Origin: Saprolegnia diclina VS20
Taxonomy: Eukaryota
NCBI RefSeq assembly: GCF_000281045.1
Contig: NW_008246088.1
Span: 573,844 to 615,502, forward strand
DNA length: 41,659 nucleotides
Direction of reading: 5' to 3'
The first letter of the stretch is position 1; every line of letters begins with the position of its first letter. The position numbers and the translations under genes are program-made. The notes beneath the pieces are model-generated. The model was not told where the DNA came from. It did not search any database and worked only from the letters and a program-made list of their open reading frames with translations. Below are positions 35,082-41,659 of this stretch, piece by piece.

Positions 35082-35771
35082 TCAGCGCACGAGCATCGGA
35101 CGAGGCGCGTACGCATGCAAGACGCGGAGGAAGCTGTCGGCAGCAAACGCCGACGTCACGACGACGCGAAGACTCGGGCTCAAGTCGGCGCCAAGGAAGA
35201 GCGCGTACTCGTCGGCCTTGTCGTAGAGCAGCATGCCTGCCCAGAGCGTCGCGAGGAAAAAGTAGACAACGTCGACGCGCCGCCCGCGGAGGTCGACCAC
35301 GTCGCGTGACCGCCCTTGGTCGCCAACGACGCAGGCGACGGTCACCGCCACGTAGTCGGCGCTGGCGACGGACCAGCCCGACGCGCGCACGTGTCGAAAG
35401 ACGGCCATGTACACGTGCAGCCACGTCACACAAAAGAAACCATACACGTCCCAATGCGTGAGGACCACCGCGACGACGACCGTTGTCGCGGTCGAGACGA
35501 GCGTACTGAGGCCAAGCACGCTGCACGTCGCTTTCGCCATGACGCAGAGCCAGCCAAAGAGCACGGCGCGCACGACGTCGGTGCTGAAGCGCACGAGGAG
35601 CCCGGCGGCGCCGAGCGCGGCCAGGTTGCCGACGAGGAGGCTCATAAAGGTCATCTCGGAAGGGTCCATGACGCTGCCGGCCGTGAGGTTCATCGCAGCA
35701 ATGTGGTCGTGCACCTCGTTCAAGTACACGTGGAGAAGCGTGAGGCCCGCGTCGGGCGGAAATCGCGACAT
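35082..35771 (-). CDS. Multi-pass membrane protein, 229 aa, unknown family
   Basis: ATG 35771 follows initiator-like GCCACTTCTTCTTTTC; several hydrophobic segments; GC3-rich codons. The upstream extension of the ORF to 36212 looks non-coding. Confidence 0.6.
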   Translation of the reverse strand: MSRFPPDAGLTLLHVYLNEVHDHIAAMNLTAGSVMDPSEMTFMSLLVGNLAALGAAGLLVRFSTDVVRAVLFGWLCVMAKATCSVLGLSTLVSTATTVVVAVVLTHWDVYGFFCVTWLHVYMAVFRHVRASGWSVASADYVAVTVACVVGDQGRSRDVVDLRGRRVDVVYFFLATLWAGMLLYDKADEYALFLGADLSPSLRVVVTSAFAADSFLRVLHAYAPRPMLVR

Positions 35772-36272
35772 TGTGAGAAGACACGAAAAGAAGAAGTGGC
35801 ATTTTGTGCCGAATTTAAAACGGCCCTGTTTCACATTGCCCCATGGCGATGGACCGCAACAAGCAACCTTCATTGCCCACTCGCTCGTCGTTGGTAGAGT
35901 AGCTGGAGCGCCGATCGTGGCCAAGGAAGCCTTCCATGGCTTGACGAGGCCACATGAGAAAGAGGAGAGGGGATGAGCCCGACTGTCAACGGCGGAAACG
36001 TCAACCAGAGTGACCATCTTGAGGTCTCGCTCCGCTTGGCCGGTCGAACCGCAGAAGCCTTCGCTACTATAGAGTTGGTTTGTGATATAGCGCGCTGCCA
36101 ACCGCGCCAACCGAGTCCAACAGACTAGCAGCAAGCAGCATTGATCGACACGGCCCGTCGTATTTGCCGAATATAAAACAAATAGTGTTAAGGAAAGGGC
36201 AAGATGCCACATCTACCGGAAATACTGTCACGACGACGCTTGAAGATCCTTTCCATTTCCAACTCGGGGACG

Positions 36273-39200
36273 ATGACCAAGAGCCCGTTCACGGGTCGCG
36301 ACAGCTACGAGCGCCTCGAGCAGCTGCAGGCGTTGTGCAGTAGCGCGGAGGTTGACGCGCTCCTTCTCGTCGGTGGCGCCGACGGCCGCTTCTCGCGCGG
36401 GTGTGCTGCGGCGCTCCAGTACCTCTTCCTCGGCACGTCGGGGCAAGAGCTCCTCGGCGAGCAAGTGATTCCGCAGGCCTTCGAGACGCTCGACGACGTC
36501 GTCGTCGTCGTCACGCCCCACTCGGCCGATATCTTTTATCCGCTCGACAGCGACAGCGCGACGTTCCTCCTCCCGCTCATCTCGTGCTGGCGAAACCTCA
36601 CCGAGCACGTGGCGCCCGACGACTTGCCGCAAGACGACCGCGAGCTCATCAAGATCCGATCCTTCCGCGCCATGGTCGCACCGTATTCGCGCCTCGGCGT
36701 ACCGATGGGGTCGCCCGACAGCATGGCGATCGAGCGCTGGCCGCTCGTCCAAGCGTTTGGCTTGGAGAACGACGGGATTCTCGCCTCGTCGGCTGCCCAA
36801 GGCTTCTTTACGATGCAGCACGCGGCCATTGACGTCGAGGCGGCGCTTTTTGCGCGCATGCTACTCGTCGACAACTACTACGCGCGGCGCCTCGTGCTCG
36901 AGGCGACGCCGGCTCTCCAAGTCCACTACGAGAGCGCGCTCACCAAGCTCGACCACGCGTCCGACGCGTCCGAGCGCCACGCCAAGTCGGAGCTCGACTG
37001 GGGCGACGACGTCATTAGCTTTTACGAGTTTGGGACGATTCGGCACGCGGCGCGCGGCTTGTCGCCGGCCAAAGCCCGCGGCGCACGCGTGCTCTTTGGC
37101 ACACGGACGCTCTTGCCCGAAACCGCGTCCAACGAGACGCTGCCCGACCACGCGGTACGGGCTATCTCGGACCACCAACCCTTGCCTACGCTTGGAGCTA
37201 GGGAGTCGAGGGCTTCGCCGCGACGCACCTCCTGTGGACGGCAGAAGAGCCGCTCTCGGGCCTGCGCGTGGCCCGCACCTACATGCTCGGGACCGGCCGC
37301 GTCGCCCCGCGTATCGTCGACACCGATGCGCTCGTGCATCCGTCGTTCGAGAAGCTCGATCGGTACGACGATCTGCTCGACAATTCCAAGGACGTGCGCT
37401 TTGTCCTTTCGCTGTATGAAGCCGTGCTGCAGGTAGCCTCCTTATCAACGGCAATGGTCTACGAGCCGCGTAGGCGCACACGGACGCCATCGATGCGTTT
37501 GTTGCCGAGGCCAAGACTCGTCCTCGTAAGCGCTGTGTTCTCATTGGCCTTGGGAATCAGCGGTCGAGGTAGAGCCATCGGTGAGCAACGTGCAAGCGGT
37601 GGCACTTGCGACGCTGCGCCAGCGCGTGGCGCCGCTGGAAGCGACGTACATGTGGCCCGCTGCGTACTTGGACACGCATTTTCACGTCACGCTCGAGTGC
37701 TTGGACGCCTGCGGTGAGCGTGTGGAGGAGACGACCGGAAGTACGCTCGTTGAATAGGTTAGAGGGGCTGATGGACGGTGGGTATTAGAGTGGAGCCAGT
37801 GGTACCTGACGACGTCGCTCTCTTACGTGCCGAGTCAGTGTGCCAAGAATGCATCGCCGCTCGGGTCGCTTCTCGTCGGCGACACGCTGCTCTTGCAAAA
37901 GCCGACGATGACGCATCTGGTCGTGACGCGCGGCTTTGACTACATCAAGACGTGGACGCAAGGAGGCAAGGAAGCGGACTTTGCGAGCCATCTCGATGAC
38001 GCGCTCGCGTCCGAGCACATGGTCGGTCTATTCATCCATGGTTCGTGTGGACAAGATGTCTCATAGCTCGCCGACACGCTACGGCTTGGGAAGGAACTCG
38101 GGGACGCCATTCCCAAAGCGCTCTTGCTCGTGCAGTGCCCGCACTGGCCGCTATTGCATGGCGTTCTCAAGACGTACACGAGCGTACGTAGCTATGACGC
38201 GTCGGCGTCATTGTCGACCCCGATCGCGGCTAGGGTCTCGTGTTCAAGAGCCCGAATTGCAACCCGATCGTGATCTCGTTTGCGAACGACGTCGCGTCGC
38301 TTCAAGTGCTTTCGACGCCGGACGACGCGCTCCTCCTCCTTCTGATCGAGTTCCGGGACCGCGACGCGAACCCCGTGCGCGCGAGCTTCCCGCTCTCGCT
38401 GCTCGGGTCGAGCGTCGCGCTACCCCTCGTCGCCAACTCGCGCATGCAAGCGGATGTGATGCGCCTCTTGGACATGTGGAAGGCATCGCTCTTGCGTCTC
38501 GACATTCCCTTCCACCGCCCCCACGGTACCATGCACCTCGTCGATACAAAATGGACAAGTTGTCTGTTGATTTGTAGACAACAGCCGTGGCGAGAAGGAC
38601 GTACCCGCGCAGTTTATGCCCGGCATCCAGCGCGTGCTATCACTGGATGCTGACGCGGCGACAAAGGAGCGACTCTTTCCGCACTGGTACATCTCGAAAG
38701 CTGTCACTCAAGTCTCGAGCTGGGCCAAGCCCAAGACATCGTCCAAGCTCCTCGTTCCCATCTCGGTCTTCCTTGGCGTCCCCGGCAGCGACGTCCACGA
38801 GCTCGCCCTTGCGCTCACCGACATCTCGGGCGCCACCAACGCGTACGTCTTACTTGGGTTCATGCATATCTAAGAACTGAGTGTTCCAGGTGGCAGCACG
38901 TGGTCGTCGACGTCCGTCTTGGGGACCAGCACTCCCTCGGGCGGACGGTCACGTCGCAAGTGCATACGTCGATAGCGACGGCGCTTACAACGATCGCGGC
39001 GCAGTCGTCGTGGAACCTCCGCCCTCGCATCCTTCTCACCGTCATCGGTAAATATATGCCCTAAACCAGGTGGACGCTAAGGCGTCGTAGGCTATGTGGA
39101 CTGCATGACGGTGGCGGCGGCCATCAAGATGCCGCCTACGCAGTGGGCCCTCCCGACCAAGCTGAGTACGCTCACGTGCTGCCTCTCGGGCGCGGCGCTT

Positions 39201-40381
39201 CTCCAGCCAAATACGGCGAACCCGCTGCCCAAGCTCTGGGACCAGCTCACGGCGGGCTTTGCGACGCACGTTGTGCTGAGCAACACGGCCGAGCTCTCGC
39301 GCACGTCACTGCATCGGCTCCGCACGCGCATCGACGCGGCCAACCCGTTCGTGGACGTCTTTTGCCTCCGGTCGACCGTCTTTGAAGGCGACGTGACGGC
39401 ACTCTTGGCCCTCGACGCGTTCGATGTCACCGAGCGCCAAGCGTACCGCGACCGCCATTTTCCGCACTGGATCGCGTCGCCCGAGGCGTACTCGGTCGCT
39501 GCGCTCGCTGGTCACGCGATCGGCTTTCGCATTGGCGCCGCCATCGACCGCGCGCGCTTCCTCGCGTGTCTTCAGGTGGCATTTTGAGCTGTGAGAGTTT
39601 CAACTTGATAGACTGATACTTTTTGGATAGCATGGACTGACGCCGCACGCGACGCTCAAGTCGATCGAGCCCTCGGGCGTGCTCAAGGCGGCGGCCGAGC
39701 TCAAGGGTCTCCGCTTGGCGCAGGTGGAACCATCTCGGTCGGACTACTTGCAGTAGCCTCATGGAAGTACCTAGTCGCTGGCCATGACCAAGGTGGCGCA
39801 GTCGCTAAAGACGCCCGGTATTGCCCCCGAGCTGGTCGCTGCGCTCGCAACGAAGTGCGGCACCGTGTGGTCGATCGAGGCGACGTTGACGTTTGCGGAC
39901 GACAGCGCGCACGGGTACCAGTACCTCAACAGCGGTGTCAAGGCGACGCTCAAGCCCACGGCCGCTCCTTCCGCGGTAGGTCATGCGACCTTGGCGAGTG
40001 AAAGAGGCTTAGAGGCTATGCCAGGCAACGTGTTCGTTCCTCTTCACGGGCGTCCAACTCGATGCGTCGGCCCTCAAGACGCTCCTGCTGGCGTGCTGCC
40101 CGACCAAGTACGAGACCGTGCGCCCGCTTCAAGGCAGCGTTTCGCTCGCCGAGAAGCGGCAAATCCAAGCCGACCATGTGCACGCCCCACTTCCGGACGG
40201 CTACGTCTATGATGGCACGCACTACTACGACTACTTTGGCGGCCAGTACGAGTTCCACCCGGCCATCGACAGCTTTGTGCAAGCGTACGTCGCGTCTAAG
40301 AAGGACGTCGCGACGCGCCAGAACAACGAGCTCGAGCAGGACCGCCGGCGCTTCGAGGAGCTCACGGAGCGGATCGTATGA
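36273..40381 (+). CDS. DNAAF9: Dynein axonemal assembly factor 9 / Shulin (C20orf194) orthologue, at least 10 introns
   Basis: N-terminus RLEQLQAL...DALLLVGGADGRF...LDDVVVVV...LLPLISCWRNL...KIRSFRAMV...ERWPLVQAFGLE...GFFTM. P-loop-like VFLGVPGSDVHELA. C-terminus HAPLPDGYVYDGTHYYDYFGGQYEFHPAIDSFVQAYV. These match the C20orf194 blocks I recall. Confidence 0.88.
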
Positions 40382-40486
40382 GTAGCAGCGGCAATGTCAG
40401 CGCCATTAGCTGTTGTGTTATATATGTGCATCTACCATTGCCGCGTCCGCGCATGTTGTGTTGATACAGATAGAAGACGCGCCGGC

Positions 40487-40856
40487 TTACTCTTCGACGA
40501 GGCGCGGGCGCTCGCCGATTTCGACCTTTTCGTACGCGACGGGGCCGGCATGGGCGTCGTGGTGGCCGTGGCCATGGCCATGGTCCCACGGGTGCTCCCA
40601 GCCCTACAAAGACAGAGCGCTAAGCCATGCATCCATGCAGCGATCGATCGCGTACCAAGACGACGGCGCCGTCTTCCTTGGCGCGGTAGAAGATCCAGAG
40701 CCACGTGAGCGTGCCAAAGGCCGTGCCGAGCGCCTTATGCACCGGGTCGACGTGGAAGTGCATGCCATGCGGGTAGCTGCCGTGGCCATGGCCATGCGAG
40801 GCCATCGAGCGGGCATGGGCGGCGCGGAGGAGCGGCGACGTCACACGGTTCCACAT
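40487..40856 (-). CDS. NDUFB2: Mitochondrial complex I subunit NDUFB2 (AGGG)-like; intron 40604-40655
   Basis: Mitochondrial-type presequence MWNRVTSPLLRAAHARSM; HKALGTAFGTLTWLWIFYRAKEDGAVVL|GWEHPWDH, the plant/fungal NDUFB2 signature. Confidence 0.82.
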
Positions 40857-41422
40857 CTTGCAGCCGACGAACAACCAGTCAATTGAACACCGCAGGCCAC
40901 AGTCCGTCCAAAAAGTCGAATTTTAGCCAATCCGCGGCCGCGTTTATTCGGACGCCGCCGGATACGACCAGCCCCGCAGCGCCGGCCCAACCTTCTGCAG
41001 CGTCCTCGCCGGGCATGCGCCATGGGCGCCAAGTCCGCCGTGGCCCAATGGTGCTGTAGGTGCTCGTTGTGTGGGCGAGGAGGATACAGGAGTCGCAGAT
41101 CCAAGGGCTTGCGTCCGCAGCACGATGCGGAGGCTGCTCGTTGACGTCAACGGCAAGCGATGCAACCGGCTGGGATGGAAGCTATCGCATCGACATGGCG
41201 AGTGCCAATCTCCAGCAAGCACAGTAGCGGTAGAATGGCTATAGCACGAGTCTTGTATAGAGTTCTTTGGGTCGCCAAGACTACAATTCACCGCTAGGCT
41301 AGCCGTGGTGCATTTTTTTCACCAGATTTGAGAAGCGTACCAGAACATCAAGCAACACACAACACGAGTACAAACGTTGTTTTGATTATTCACTTAGTGT
41401 TTACTGTCCTATGCTATATCGA

Positions 41423-41659
41423 CTACAAGACTGCGTAGCCGTCGCTGATCCAAGGGTCGTCCGTGTCCATGTACGCTGGAGGCTGCGCTTCGTAGTTTGG
41501 GTCCAAGTACGCGCAGGGCGTTACCTCTGCATGCACCATGTCTTCGTCGTCGTCGTCGTCACTGCGGTCTTGCTCCAGACTGAGCAAGAGCTGGACGTCG
41601 GCCTTGAGTTTCGCTACTTGCTTGTCCTTGGCCTGGTCCTTGGCGGTCATCGCAGTAGC
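41423..41659 (-). CDS. 3' end of an unidentified gene (coiled-coil then acidic tail), truncated by the window edge
   Basis: Open frame from the window end to TAG at 41423 (KDKQVAKLKADVQLLLSLEQDRSDDDDDED...), GC3-rich codons, followed by AT-rich 3' sequence. Confidence 0.55.
   Translation of the reverse strand, partial: ATAMTAKDQAKDKQVAKLKADVQLLLSLEQDRSDDDDDEDMVHAEVTPCAYLDPNYEAQPPAYMDTDDPWISDGYAVL

Noticed and set aside
35772..36212. N-terminal extension of the 376-aa minus ORF
   Set aside because: Non-ATG start, atypical composition, and an initiator-like element just before ATG 35771. It overlaps the DNAAF9 promoter region.

Overview
Eukaryotic, GC-rich, gene-dense DNA with very short (about 43-50 nt) GT-AG introns and oomycete-type initiator/FPR core promoters. 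It is most consistent with a saprolegnialean oomycete (Saprolegnia-like); this is inferred, not searched. The right two-thirds is a housekeeping/flagellar neighbourhood: a multi-calponin-homology protein, a DUF1765-like protein, VAMP7, a divergent PP2A-B56-like protein with a PAM2-like motif, PEX4, a KIX-like Q-rich protein, TGS1, a PDZ protein, an ARMC10-like protein, IFT20, DNAAF9/Shulin and NDUFB2. The first 14.5 kb is an accessory, duplicated region. It holds three copies of a membrane-anchored, Cys-rich (RCxxC) fascin-like double beta-trefoil gene, two of them head-to-head in a large palindrome that spans an assembly gap. It also holds three diverged paralogues of an unnamed coiled-coil family. 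The pairing 'trefoil gene, then coiled-coil gene about 350 bp downstream on the same strand' occurs twice, in inverted orientation, around a prenylcysteine oxidase gene. No rRNA, tRNA, CRISPR array or intact mobile element was recognised. All family calls come from motif recognition by eye; no database search was run.
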